DNA from: Amoebophrya sp. A120
Taxonomy: Eukaryota; Protista; Dinoflagellata
DNA length: 64,000 nucleotides
Reading direction: 5' to 3'
NCBI GenBank assembly: GCA_905178155.1
Contig: CAJINV010000008.1
Location: 2,046,001-2,110,000, forward strand
Shown here piece by piece: positions 38,701 through 50,579 of this stretch. A program made the translations under genes and the position numbers. Numbering within the stretch: the first letter of the stretch is position 1; each line of letters starts with the position of its first letter. The notes beneath the pieces are model-generated. The model was not told where the DNA came from. It searched no databases and saw only the letters and a program-made list of their open reading frames with translations.

Positions 38701-40889
38701 AAAAGTTAAAAATGCTAAACAGCAATGGCATAACCCTCGGAGCCCAATCAATGACAGTGCCGAGAAAGAACAATAAGTCAGGTCCTGTCGTTGGCGGAGT
38801 GAAGAAGACGACGAAGAGTTGTACGACGAAAAATAAGAAAAATGTGAAGAAGGAGGTGCAGAAGCAGAAGCATAGACTAAGCACTACTACGACTAGCCAA
38901 GAAGCAGTGCGACCCGAAAGCAGAAGACCGCCACCGGCTCTACTCGAGCGAAAGGTGCAGCAACTCATGGCAGAGTTTGAGGAGCAAGTTACCCCCTTGC
39001 TGGAATTCCGGCAGCGACCGTGGGTGGTACTGCATGACCGGGTGGCGTTTTTACTGGCCAATGCGGATCGTGGTGGACACCTTCATTTCCCTGCGGACGC
39101 CGGCACGGCTGCGAAACTAGCGCCGGCACGCGTTCTTCTACCAGTCGAATCCTCCGCGGGAAATGCCATAAACATCGACGGGAAGATGAACAAGGATTCA
39201 TCCGCCAAGCAGCAGGCGTCTGATTCACCGCTGCTCAAATCAAGATTCGCAGCGAGCTCAAAAAGCAGCGCAGCGACGGACGATGAAGTAAACGGGATAT
39301 TACTAGAGCCCCCGACGGGGAACAAACAGAAGCAACACCAAGGAAAAATTCTCCGTCCGGAGGATGATGATTTATGGTTGCCGTCGGAAAAGAACAAGAT
39401 GGATTCGGCTTCTCGGGCGCAGCAGCCCGCTTTTGACAAAGGGATAGAAGTTGCGTGGCAAGAAGGTGGAACAAGTAGTACAAGTGTCAACTACGCTCCT
39501 TCATCCGGACCGCATGTACAACTTGTTGGCAGAACAAAGAACGAACTGTTTCTTGAACGCCTCTACCGCCACGCAGAGGAGACCGTGCACGAGGTGTACC
39601 GGTCGCAGAAGGCCTGCGCCAACACGGAGCGGCAGCCCAGCTTCAAGCAGATTACCAACATGATGTACAAGCTGCACGAGGATTTCTTCCTGACCAGCAC
39701 CCTGCTCCGGCTTAACAACCGCATCCTTCTACGCGACCGGATACGCAGCCTACTCGACGGGACTACTAGCACGGGAGCTTCACCCGGACCGGCGGAGGAG
39801 AGCTGCGACGTCGTAGTCGCACAGGACAAGAGTCGTGAGCGGGAGGAAGGGCTGGAAATGGTTCTGGATGAAGAGGACGATCTTCTGAACGAAAAGGTCC
39901 TCGTCGCGGGGGCATCTTCACTGTTGTCCTCGTCTACCTCCGCGATTCAGAACAATGTCAAATCTACGACAGCAGGAGCGGTAGAACTACGAGCCAACAC
40001 AACAGGTGCCGGAGCAACACTACTAGTACCACCGCGGTCCACCTCTCGATCATCGTTGCAGAAAAAGTACTCATCTAAAAAGAAAAAGAAGGCGAAGCGG
40101 CCCGTCCGCTGGACGGCGGCGGAGCGGCTGCAGTTGGAGACACTCTGCAACACGGAAGTCTACGTGCACAAGAATGCCACTAAGACGCCGATGTGGGCGG
40201 AAATCGCCCGGGAAATCGGAAACGGAAAAACGGGCACCAACTGCCGCGACCACTACCGCGCTGTCACCATGTTTGCGGCGACCTCAGGATTTGCTGATGG
40301 CGAGGATAATAAAGGAAAGAAGCCCTGGACCGCCTCAGAGGACAAAAAGATTATCGAGTTCGGTAGCACGCCCGCATTGTCCACCGCGACTTCTTGGGAA
40401 GCATTGGGCAGAGAGTTGAACAGAAAGAGCGCGCTGCTGCGCTACCGATGGAAAGTGTTGGCTGCCGGTAAAGGAAATAAACCGAAAAAGGCAATAAAGA
40501 GGAACAGCGAAGTGAAGAAAAGTAAAGTGGTGGTGGCGAAATCAAAAAAGAAAAAGGTCCAGCCGGGGGACACCAGCGAGAAAAAAACTGTTGTTCAACT
40601 ACACAAGCGGGACGTCGAAAATGCTGACAAGAAAGACGAGAAGAAGCTTCTCGCGCCGGCCGAGAATGAATCAACATCACATGATGCGGCGAGTGCGGTC
40701 CACCCGATGAAGCGCGCGCGCGGCCGACCGATGAAAGTCGTCTCGGTGATCAAGCGCACTGCGAAGGGGCGCCCGCCTGGGTCAAAGAACAAGAAACCCG
40801 CGGTGTCGCACCTGAACAAAGGCAAGAACCCACCGGGGAGGCCGAAGGGGGCAAAGGACAAGAAAGCGCGAAAGCCAAGGGGAACGTAA
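35775..40889 (+). CDS. Large Myb/SANT-repeat protein with C-terminal AT-hook-like motifs (possibly SNAPC4-like)
   Basis: Uninterrupted 5.1-kb ORF. Tandem Myb repeats WTAAE..WAEIA..NCRDHY and WTASED..WEALG..RYRW; split upstream repeats (IDWQHVA..ECRARW, FTPKEDALL); RGRP/GRPP/GRPKG motifs. Confidence 0.8.
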   Translation: MSKNGTGVGKNPSAKGKSIARRSSSSKKAPRSAAATSGAGVLSQAKKQNAISGTGSRNKPGASSCTSSSEGTTIFGNRKTQQEQVNKRHSTTSAGGGTKLVKKQLVSEKKRKNFHRRLSAPAPPFGKTRKPAAKKLASATKSSAGKSVNDKKAPRGKLQYVPGAYPYADYGRFLKKTHPDLKAYGKEVREKVWREVERDMYSTGAASSRRGATSSSVLALEDGGSRTAGVNRSLATDVLEPAAGTGSSSFSAPAPPAVGSSTTAYDDHELESANFSYPEILNNGAKIMKQDGASGDGLCPHLSGTTTRPDEPTSADKEGMLREADEMLISAVLTHLSCKTLDRNWTVDEEIVGFQERLKNRRELKLPKDEDHAGLFSQQHAAEPEEQRNLYTKPHTGFFGCSDEEAMKKGKSYLPRNKVTCLSSAKPLDFGQWQKTYQRFCRTPWQYDNLISDVDNFHQFLEELQVNSKSCFTPKTAADMEKLLRSCYVGCQQNLDHVIARNFLNQAEKNNICRSSAALGGQTSKICRTESEEMLIKNSGGTAGGTSSFSSSSTSSAGVTKTPRIPPLLPDYDRKENVFGPSAIDWQHVADMVNHMSGAEGEHPSSGAVVDEEMRSRSTFECEDKHSAVDIIEGNTISFTNTTTPRHQAPEGSCGSASSSTWITIFTKRRRRIPLHSSGRTAADENEKSQHGNKESRKAKGQSKNQQASSCYDSWSSEEFDFEDLLEQPTAAAHSNKEGLDYNFMQESTAEDEDQEECADVDFFPPRMVTPQECRARWDTVLEFSLAGSVERSREVEHADELGGASRASSRKNSYSYLAEVEPGGETTSTFSTRGSWLAFTPKEDALLIKLCLQRADDLLKKELVALDHANAAVAGEQTEVDSLQLPNTFSTRQQLPNNYTSSASSSTRTPPSHPPDRRLTSDHRDEDLLRTLVKTIRAFEPESWIAVMFSFHEKLEQRNRKKHKKLYRDLAKKLKKLKMLNSNGITLGAQSMTVPRKNNKSGPVVGGVKKTTKSCTTKNKKNVKKEVQKQKHRLSTTTTSQEAVRPESRRPPPALLERKVQQLMAEFEEQVTPLLEFRQRPWVVLHDRVAFLLANADRGGHLHFPADAGTAAKLAPARVLLPVESSAGNAINIDGKMNKDSSAKQQASDSPLLKSRFAASSKSSAATDDEVNGILLEPPTGNKQKQHQGKILRPEDDDLWLPSEKNKMDSASRAQQPAFDKGIEVAWQEGGTSSTSVNYAPSSGPHVQLVGRTKNELFLERLYRHAEETVHEVYRSQKACANTERQPSFKQITNMMYKLHEDFFLTSTLLRLNNRILLRDRIRSLLDGTTSTGASPGPAEESCDVVVAQDKSREREEGLEMVLDEEDDLLNEKVLVAGASSLLSSSTSAIQNNVKSTTAGAVELRANTTGAGATLLVPPRSTSRSSLQKKYSSKKKKKAKRPVRWTAAERLQLETLCNTEVYVHKNATKTPMWAEIAREIGNGKTGTNCRDHYRAVTMFAATSGFADGEDNKGKKPWTASEDKKIIEFGSTPALSTATSWEALGRELNRKSALLRYRWKVLAAGKGNKPKKAIKRNSEVKKSKVVVAKSKKKKVQPGDTSEKKTVVQLHKRDVENADKKDEKKLLAPAENESTSHDAASAVHPMKRARGRPMKVVSVIKRTAKGRPPGSKNKKPAVSHLNKGKNPPGRPKGAKDKKARKPRGT

Positions 40890-41783
40890 GTGGAGCTGGG
40901 AAAGGGGACGGCGCCTTGGAGCAGTGCGAAAAAAATACATCCTCAAAAAAAAGCCATAGAAAGGTTCTGATCGGAAAGTTTCTCTCGGAATAGTGCAGCG
41001 AGCATGGACAACAGAGCAATAGCATGTACAACGAGAAATTATGCAGCTTCTTGTTTCATCTACCAAGACATGGCTGAAGTTCATGAGCGTGCTTCCAAGA
41101 AAGTGAGACTCAGCGGCAGTTGCACTAAGTGCTCTTTCTCAACACTGCCTCTATCATCTCTACAGCGACACTCATGACTTGATGACAGGAGTTTCTGGCG
41201 ACTTTAAAAGACCTGCGCAATTGAAGTCCCATAAGAGGATAAAGCAGCGTCAAACTGCTATAGCGACATCGAATAGTACCCATTGCTGAAGAGCACTGTG
41301 GAAGCTCGGGTAAGTACCTCTGAGCTGTGCGGCGAGCACTCCGTAGATGCCTCGAGCTCGAAATTGAGCGCATGTGTTCCAGAAAAGTTCACCCTGTTTC
41401 TTCTTTACAGAAAGTTGTATCCTACAGCCGCTTTGAGACCGTGTTTTCTCACGGACCTCCTTACCCAGGCCAAGTTTCCGTTTCGTCCCGCTGACCCACT
41501 GCGGTCGTCTTTTTTTTTGGCCATCTGACAAAGACGCACTGCCTTCCGTTGGGTGGTTTTGGATGCATACTAACTTGTGTCGCAAGGACGTCATTGATTA
41601 TCACTTATTGTCCGAATCCGTGTCTTCATTGACCGTGTGTGAAAACAAAATCACCTCGGTGCAACAAAACTACAGAGAAAGAATCATTTTAGCGAGGTAC
41701 AGTAAACGCGTGCGTGACAGTGTGCCTGCTGCATCTTTGAGTACTTAATCGTTAATTATCCCCCCAAAAAAAACCCGCCCAAG

Positions 41784-43754
41784 ATGGATGAGGCACAGAG
41801 CGTTCGCCAGATCCAGCAGATGGTCAACTTCATTTTGAATGAAGCCAAGGACAAGGCAGAATATCAACTGCAAAAATGTCTGGGTCTGGAAGAATGAAAC
41901 TTGTGGTGCTGAACTTGGATTCCAAAAAAATCTGTATTGCATGAGCAGCAAAGAGAACGTAATTTGTGCTACGCGGAGAGGGCATTTGTCATGCGGAATA
42001 GGCATCGAGAAGCCCTCAAAAAATCTGTGACGCTAGGGCATGCATCACCGACATCATGGCTCATGCAAAACGTGCATGACAAGTCTCAGAATCTTGCAGA
42101 CCCAGACATATTTGCAATCCATACAGAAGAGATCGATGCGAAAACGCTGGAAGAGTTCAACGTCGAAAAGCTGAAGTACGTGCAGGCACAGAAGGTAAGG
42201 AGTAGTTGTAACACTACAGGAGGAGGAAAACATGCTGCATTTGTAGATGTAGCTTAAGCTTTCTATAGGGGCTGTCACGCTGCATGGGCATTGGTTATGG
42301 TTTGCAATTCATTGCATATACGAATATGACATGCAGGATGTTGAGGAGACCTGGTTGTAGGTTCTTTGAATGCGTCTATGCGAAGTGCACATCTCTGTTC
42401 TTATCAGGACAAAATCCGAACGGAGCTGACGGAGAAAAAGAAGAAGCAGGAAACCGCAATGGCCATCGCCCGCAGTTCCGCCATCAACCGAGCGCGTATG
42501 CAGGCGGTCGAAGCCAGACAAAACGCTATGGTAGAAATTTTTCAACGGGCGCGTGCTGGGTTGTTGGCAGGCACTGTATGCAAATGCAGGAATAATATAT
42601 AAAAACGAAAATCGAATATGAATAAAAGATAAAGGAGTGTCAAAAGTGCAGTAAAAACACGAAAACCAAAACAGACTGCGCTGAAGACAGAGTGCGAGGC
42701 GAATTTGTCCGCCGTGACCAATTATGGATTGCAAAAGTGTCTGGGTCTGGAAGGAAGATCTGAACTTGTGATGCGCATTTTAGAACACAGAAAAATCTCT
42801 CATGCATAGGTAGCAAAAGCTGCCCACTTTCTGTCACCAAAATGGGGGATTTCTCGTGCGGGTTCAGCATTGCGGAAGCTTGTCGAAACCTGTGATGCTA
42901 GAGCTTCCATGCCAGACCTGCTGTGTCATGCAAAAACAGCATGACTCTTCCAGACCCAGACATTTTTACATTTGATACCAAGGACCGAGCCCGATACTCC
43001 GCTTTGTGCTCCGACCTGATTGTCCAGGGCTGCTTGAAGTTGATGGAGGACTCAGTACTATAATTACACTGGTGTGTCGTGATCCTGGTCTTGATGTTCT
43101 CCATGCGTCACAAAATCTTCTGGCTGCAAAGAAATGCGTCCTTGCATGCGAAAGTAGTTGACGCCACAGCACAATCTCGTACCGTGCGTAGAAGCAAGTG
43201 AAAGTTCCCATGCATTGCTTGCGTGTCAGATGTCAGTTCGAAAACGAAATGCAATTCCGAATTCGATCAGGTCACCGTGAAGTGCCGCAAGGAGGATGAA
43301 CAGTCCGTCAAGGCATCTTTGGATCAGGCCTCGCGAAAATACACGGATATTATCAAGAAAGAGACCGGCGTGCAGAAGACGGTATTGATTGTTCATACTT
43401 GTTACCGCGTGCTGAAGATTTTTTCCTCTTGTTGTGGTAATGCGCTTTTTATTATTGTTTCGTTTTTTCGCAGTGCAAGTCTTAGTTGGCCAACAGTGGA
43501 TGTATAGTTTGTTGTAAATCGCGGAAAGCAACCACTAGTACGCTCAGCGTGAAGTAGTGCTTTTCATACGAATCCATCAGGTCCGGCTTGACCTGTCTAA
43601 TGCCTGGTTGCCGGCCTCCTGCGGTGGCGGGGTGGTCCTGACCTGCCAGGGCAACACGATCAGCATCGATAACACCATGTTCACTCGGTTGGGCCTCGTC
43701 GTTGACAACGATCTCCCGAGTCTGCGCAAGATGCTCTTCCCGAAGAAGAAGTGA
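41784..43754 (+). CDS. ATP6V1E: V-type proton ATPase subunit E
   Basis: QIQQMVNFILNEAKDKAEEIDAK..EEFNVEKLK, LIVQGCLKLME, CRKED, GGVVL..IDNT..RL..LPSLRKMLF; four GT-AG introns plus two introners. Confidence 0.96.
41862..42123. mobile_element. Introner, family A
   Basis: Direct repeat CAGAA; 262 bp; join restores the conserved KAE|EID. Confidence 0.95.
42723..42977. mobile_element. Introner, family A
   Basis: Flanks CCAAT/CCAAG; join AVT(K/N)|DRARY. Confidence 0.93.
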
Positions 43755-44682
43755 GTGGAGCAAGCATGATCCGTAGTTTCGATTGATACTTCTTTTTGTC
43801 TTGCTTGCTGGAGAAGGTCGCAAATTCTACTTGTGAAGAAGACCCACGTGTTTGATACTATACCTATACTGACTACTTTGTCAACAGTTTTTCACCGGAA
43901 AAATCCTTTGGATGATGAGCTATTAGAAGCAGAAACTGGCCGCGTTACTTATGCTGAGACCAGATTCTTGAAAAGCATAAGCGAATTTGTCCTTACATGG
44001 GAGAAGGAGCTGCTACGGTGCGGTGAAATAACGCACCGCATGAAAATTCATTTACGTGGAGCATCCATCTACACTTCTTCCTTACGACTTTTTATAGTTC
44101 TTTGAAACTACTTGTTGAATCCATCCTGATGTGCGATCAAAGAAGAACAGAAATAGACAAGAGTACACGGTGCTAAACGTATTGCCCCGGGCACTGAAAA
44201 ATTACGTCTGATAAAAGCACACAGGCCGGTGATATCAGTTTTTTGGCAAAGGGTGCGAAGCGTTTGCAGCGAAGAAAGACACCGAAAAGAAATAAAATGA
44301 ATACGAGAAAAGCCAGGGCGGGTCGCCTGTTTCGCTTGAAGAAGGATGCGTGAGGTGCACAGTGTTTTCCTAGAAAAGCAGCTCCCTTCGCTGCACCGCA
44401 GATGGTTCCTCGCAGAGTGCGTTTCTTACGATGTACTTACTGACTTTTAATTCACAGCATCAAATTCAAAACAAGTACAAGAGCTTCCATTCACGAAGTC
44501 TAAATGTCCAGAAATTGTATGGCTTCATCCAGGAGCGAGCGGGTCGACGAGTTTGAATCTTGCCGATGTTTACATGTCGTGTGAGGATTATAAACACATC
44601 ATGCGGCACGACACGGCTGTCTATGTGTTGTCTCCACCAAGATTTCAGTACTCTGCGCAAGGCAGAAATTACTTGCACAACC

Positions 44683-45755
44683 ATGATGCTCTCGTCTCGT
44701 CGCTTGTGCTTCGCTTTTCGTAGGGGCGGCCCATCCGCCGTCAACTACAGTGGCCGTTTCCGACCGCCGACCGCTGGGTCACGATTACCAATAACATGCT
44801 CTTTTCCTTTCGGACACCCTGCGGGAGTTGCACCTAGACTCGCTGGAGTGGCCGCGGTTCGTCAAAAAGCGGTTGCGCTCTGGTCGGTGAGCAGGACAAG
44901 AGATTTATCGACATGTGCCCGGGGGCGGCAAGCGCAAGAAGAATCCAGCCACGACTCCAGGAAGCGCGCACTCAAAAATCTCGTTGGGCGAGAAACTCCT
45001 GCTGCTACTTCTATCCGAGATTTTATTGCAGCGAGATCAAGATCGTTTTCGTCTGCGGCATCCGACGGCCGCCCGGAAGAAAGATGTGGGAAAAGCGACA
45101 TTTCTGTGACGCAGAAAGCCGGTAACGCGCAAAGTCGCAGTGGAGATGGACTACATCAGGGACTGCAGGAGCAGGGTATAAAAAGTGGCGGCGAGACGAG
45201 GGAAAGCGAAAAGTCCAGCGAAGACGAGAAACCAAGGACGCTCCGTGGCATGTTCAAAGAATACGGGATGCCGTTTGTCATTGTGTACTTCTTATTTCTT
45301 GAAAGTGTTTTTTAAGTGATTCTCGGACGAAACGTCGGGATGCTTGCGTTGACGACTCGCTGTGTTAAATCTGATTGACTTCGGCATGAAACTGGAAGCT
45401 GCTAGCTGCAAGACACAGAGCACAATCAAACCCAAACAGCTCTCAATTATTAGACCCACAAATATTATAAAGGTACAACGGTCTGTATCTCGGTTCCCTG
45501 GCCTCGATTTACGCCGCCTTGTCCGCAAACGTGATAGAGTGGGAACAGATTCTGCAGCTGTGGGAAAGCGTGGTGCCACAATTTGTGAAGGCGAACTTGA
45601 TTAATCTCCAAGAAGTGGACCCGAATAAGGGCAAGCTCGGCGTCGCAGTGTGCTTGAACCCAATCCTGGAACCCTTCCGCATTGTGTTAGCCATCGCGGT
45701 CGCGAAACCGCTGTCGCGAGCCTGGAAAAGCTGGAGGGCGAAGGGACCCAGATGA
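44683..45755 (+). CDS. DUF1279/FAM210-like protein, probably mitochondrial
   Basis: Arg/Ser-rich presequence-like N-terminus; MFKEYGMPFVIVY|NGLY across GT-AG intron 45285-45472; C-terminal AVCLNPILEPFRIVLAIAVAKP. Confidence 0.7.
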
Positions 45756-46906
45756 TAAAAAACATTCAAAGGAATAAAGTATACGAGAAGTAGCAGGTCG
45801 CCGCTCCGAGCTTCATTGATTCATTTCTCGTGCGGCGATGAAGGTTTCGGGGGATAATGGATTCTTGAGCGATTCCAGCACATCGCGAGCATTTAAGTGC
45901 TCAGTCCGGCGTGCGTGGATCGATTGTATGATCAACGTGTCTGCTGAATGGACCACGTAACAATACCGCGCAGCTTCGGTTTGTATTGACTCTTGGGTAG
46001 TAGATGACGAGTCGCGAGCAGCGATGAAACACTCCGTTCTGTACGATGTAGGACTGAAAAATGAACTCTAGTCTGTTATACTTTCACCTCCGATCGACAC
46101 GATAATTCCTGCGCAAGTACTAGGACAGGCAAGAGCGATAGGCGCCGTTCGATGCAGTGTCTGTCATGGACAAACGTCGTGTGACCCTGAATGAAGCGAC
46201 TGGGATCGAGTGCTTTACGATTGGAAAAAAATGCTTTGTTTGAAATAGCATTTTTAGGATTTTCGCTCTCTTTGGAGTGTCCTCCCGCTGGCCCCCCTGG
46301 TTTTTTCAGGCTTGGCGCGGAAGCAAGATCTCCATTTCTTTCTTTCATTGATCATATCGGTTGCGTAGCAAGTCAATGCAATAGACTGCTACGAGGAAAA
46401 GGAAGCCGAAGGATCGATGAACCCAAAGCGACAGGATAAGCATACCAAGCCACGCAGGTCGCTCCGGCTACGGTGACCTACTCAGACTTCAACTTTGATT
46501 TTGCATTGCAATATACGCGATCGCTCGTTTCCTGTATAAGATGAATTTTTCTGCAGTCATTGATTTCAAATGGAAATGCAACACAGTTTCTGATCTCGCG
46601 TTCTTCAACACCGAAATTCCACATGCAGATGATTCATGATTGGCAAGAACACTTCGAATCTTTTCAAGCGCTCAATTTATTTCCTTGTTCTGCCTGTGCT
46701 TCGTCTACAAAAATGATCCGCGAGCAAGTTGTTTTCACATTGAAACAGCCACTACAGTGATTTTTTTATTTCGCTAAAAAGTCATCAGTATCACTCGCCT
46801 AGATTCCAACGCGTCGCCACATTAACAAACACAACGCATAGATTCATATTCTATTGCCACTCCAGTAGATTAGAAACAAGACACCGATTTTTAGAATAGC
46901 ACGAAA

Positions 46907-47374
46907 ATGGGCGGAAACAACAAGAAGCACACGATGACGGGAACGAAGAGCAAGAACCCGACAAGCGAGCAGATTTCGCTTTTGTCTTCCGATGATGAGG
47001 ATATTGTCTACACCACCGTTCTTTCTGCTCCACAGCACGGGCGACGCAGCAAGTACAAGAATCTGTACCAGCTGAGCCCGCACAGTGACATCGAGAAGAA
47101 CCTGGCCGCTACGGAGCAGCACCGGCCCTCGCAATACGGGAGCCCGCATTTGGATGAGTACGAAGTGGAGGACGAGACCAGGAGCCCCTATTCCTGTGGG
47201 TGCAGCTGGTGGCTCGTCGTGCTGCTGGTCGTGCTCGTGCTGGCTGTTCTGGCCTCCGCTACGGTGCTGATTTATTACGAGGTCGTCCGCGACCGACAGG
47301 ACGAGGACCAGAGCCAGTTGCCCCCTCCTGTCCACCACCCAGTGGACGACTGGCAGTACTACCGCACGGACTGA
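46907..47374 (+). CDS. Single-pass membrane hypothetical protein
   Basis: 155-aa ORF with one strong TM helix preceded by CGCSWW. Confidence 0.6.
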   Translation: MGGNNKKHTMTGTKSKNPTSEQISLLSSDDEDIVYTTVLSAPQHGRRSKYKNLYQLSPHSDIEKNLAATEQHRPSQYGSPHLDEYEVEDETRSPYSCGCSWWLVVLLVVLVLAVLASATVLIYYEVVRDRQDEDQSQLPPPVHHPVDDWQYYRTD

Positions 47375-48815
47375 GAAAAAGGCCAGGATTGGACTCTCTT
47401 TCGAGAGAAAAGATGGTGGAATCACCGCAACAACTTCAGCCGAAGCATATAAGCGAGCTATCCATGAGATGCGACATCTATCTATCATTTGGAGGTCTTG
47501 ATGGTCCTCTTGTGATCGACGAAGATAAAGAGAGAGAGAGTCTAATCTCTATTGTTTCACGAACGACGACCGGAAGCGAAGAACGACATCGACCTCTGTG
47601 TATTAGCTGCGTCGACGACCCCCGGAAGAGGAGCAGGAGAAAATGACTGGGACCAGACTTGAAGAATTATCTTGAATTAGAAGATGAACAGAGAACTGCA
47701 ATTTGTGCTTCACTTGTATGATTTCACCCCCCGTTTCTTTTGTGTGCTAGATGCGCACAAGAATGATGGTGGGACCTACGGCGTATGATGACAATGGCAG
47801 TATGGAAAGTAGTGGATAAATACTTAAAAGTTTCGTGTACGACTTACCTGCTCTGCAATCAGATATTATGACGCAGCGTATGACAGTTTCTGTACGCTGT
47901 ATCAACTGGTTGTCCTCTGTATGATTGATGTTTCAACACGAACTCCAAAAGCTCTACCTTTTCTATCCTTAAAAATACCACTCTTTCATTTAACGACCAC
48001 GTCAAGCGCGAAAAACGAAGCCAAACTACAGCAACAGACTTCTACGACTAATGTAAGTCACAGGGTTACTTATCAGGACTCCGCATAAAACCCGCTCGAA
48101 TACTTACCGTACGATGACGTAGGAAGCTTATGTTGTACTTGCGAAGTCGCTCATGGCCAAATCATGGGCCGTAAATGTGGCTCTGGCTATGCGCGATGAA
48201 CAAGTGAGCAGAAGTATTCTTCGAACAAATCAATGAAAAGGCAGAAAAAGAAGATTCAAAGATTGATGGGGGATAGAGCAGAACGCATGAGGAGAACTTT
48301 GAAAGCAATGTAACTTCTAGAAAGATAGAATCGATGAAAATCACCACTCACGCGCACTAACGGTTGTACTGCCGGGGGCTACCACGAAAGTTGCCGAGCT
48401 TTCCCAAGAACCCGACGGTGTGGGCTATCTACGAGAAGTCTTGTTTCATCGCGTTCTTCGCTTGCTTTTTCTGTTTGCACGTCGCTTCGTTTGAGGAAAG
48501 AAAATGAGTGGTAAAATAAGGCTCTGTTAGTGATACAGCGACAAGGTCGTGTTACACAAGCAGGTACAGGTTTTTTTAGTGCCATATCTTCATCTAACGA
48601 GACTGTCTCACCGCAATTCGCCCCCCTAGGTTATTCTCGGAGCGCGTTGCTTTCATTGTGACGAGAGTGCAGCAGATTATACCGTACCAGTGATGATGAA
48701 TCTGGTTCGAAGTTGGAAAATACACATGAAGGTGGTGGAAGTGTGCCGCTATTTTTGAGAATTGAGACCAGACACGTGGCTGGTGCGTTGTACTCAAAAG
48801 TCAAGAAATATAATA

Positions 48816-49697
48816 ATGTCCGACCCTGCCGGCTTTCCCTCGGTCGCCTCGGGGGACGCTAATGCGGAAGAAGCTCGCACCTTGCGAGAGCTGGTGAGCA
48901 AGCTCACGGCCGCGAATGAGTCGATGACACAGGATCGCGACCGCGAGGCGAAGAAGGCAAAACTGCTCGAACGCGAACTGCTGGCCCTCAGGGCTTCCAC
49001 GGAACAGCTGCGGCAGTACCAGGGCATGCAGATCCAGCAGGACGAGCAGCTGGCGCAGCTCCTCCGCGAAAAGACCGAGGAGTGCGAGCAGTTGCGCCGT
49101 GAGCTATCCTATGTAAAAACGTACCCATCCCATAGTCAAGATGGGGAATCGGCTAGACAAATCCACAAGCTTTGGCTGTTTCGGATGACAAATTCGGACG
49201 CGTAGTGTAGTGCTGTTTGAGCTAGTTCAGCAGCATTACAGATCTAGTCTCTCATGCTGATTGGAGCATGACAAATTTCAAAACACCATTAGAAAATGCT
49301 CCTCATGGGGCTCCGCATGAGAAACATTTTAAGCATGCAGATTTGCATGACAACTATGGTGTGGGGACGTTTTTACACAGGATATGAGCTGCAAGAAAGT
49401 CGGGGCACGAGCGCGCAGCTGGACTTGCAGTTACGTGAGGCGCTGGCCCGCCTCCAGATTGCGCAGCAAGAGCAGGCCGCCATCATGTCGCAAGGTAGAA
49501 CTGGGTTCTTGCCCGCGAACGCTTATCAGGATCCGAGCCGACACGACCCGTTCGCCGGTGGGCAGCTGCCCAACACTGCGTCTACCTACGGCCCGTCTGC
49601 GACGAAATTCGCCGACGCAACTGAGGACGAAAAGGAAGAGCAGGGCTACTTTGGCGACCTGGTGTTCTGGGCACTCGGCGATCCTGCGCGGCGCTGA
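48816..49697 (+). CDS. Coiled-coil hypothetical protein, one introner
   Basis: Heptad-like E/Q/L/R-rich sequence continuous across the element (LRREL|QESRG). Confidence 0.75.
49105..49384. mobile_element. Introner, family B
   Basis: Direct repeat TGAGC; 280 bp; about 32-bp TIR. Confidence 0.94.
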
Positions 49698-50579
49698 GTC
49701 AGCTCGCTGCTTATCCGGGAGTATTGTCGTCCGATGGATGTTGCTGAACGAGGGGAACGGAGTCCGAGTCGCTTCATGGGTCAGCAGCACGTAGAAGTGT
49801 TTATCTCTCCCCAGCTCGTGCTCGTTGTATCCGCAGTTTCATTTTCGTTTCCACCCTCTAGTTTCGTGCTACTGTTTGTGTCGTGCAGCTGCGTGCGGAT
49901 AGGATGATCATGATGTGTCATTCGTAGAAAATGCAGAAGCAAAAGCGAGAAAAAATGTCACGAGCACATATCCAAAGGTTGCAAGCCATGTATCCAGTTG
50001 TCAATATGAAGCTCGGAGATTAGAAACCTTTTTCAATGCTTCGCTGTGGTTGCAAACTCGTGATGAGTAGCATGAAAGAATACGGACAACCTGAGAAATT
50101 TTTGCCGACGCTTTCGATGTACTTCTACTCCCGTGGGTGTTTCCGCACGGTGTTCTGTATCTTTGACTTGAAAGCACAAGGCTTTGCGTGTTTGAAGCAG
50201 CAACATTGCGTGGTGGTATTGATCACGAGCGTTATTTTCAGGGCGTGACCGGGAGCAGGATCTCCGCGGTGTACAACAAACCACTGCATTTCTTTCGTAC
50301 AGAAGTGAGTGCATGTCATTTAAGTAGTGTCACTGCGTGATTTGGGGTGCGTGGATCCGGAGTAGGAATTTTGAATACCACCTAGGGCGCCCGACGTCAG
50401 CATCTTACAAAAGAAACCATGACAATACTTGCAGTTGTTCCCTACTCTTTCGGCTGGGACAGATGAATTGTCACAGTAAGCAACTGAACTGAAGATGGAC
50501 CACGCGGCACGCCAACCTGGAAATGAATCTATGAGGTGAGCAGTCTTTGCGTAGCAATCCTGCCACCGCAGTTGTCAAG

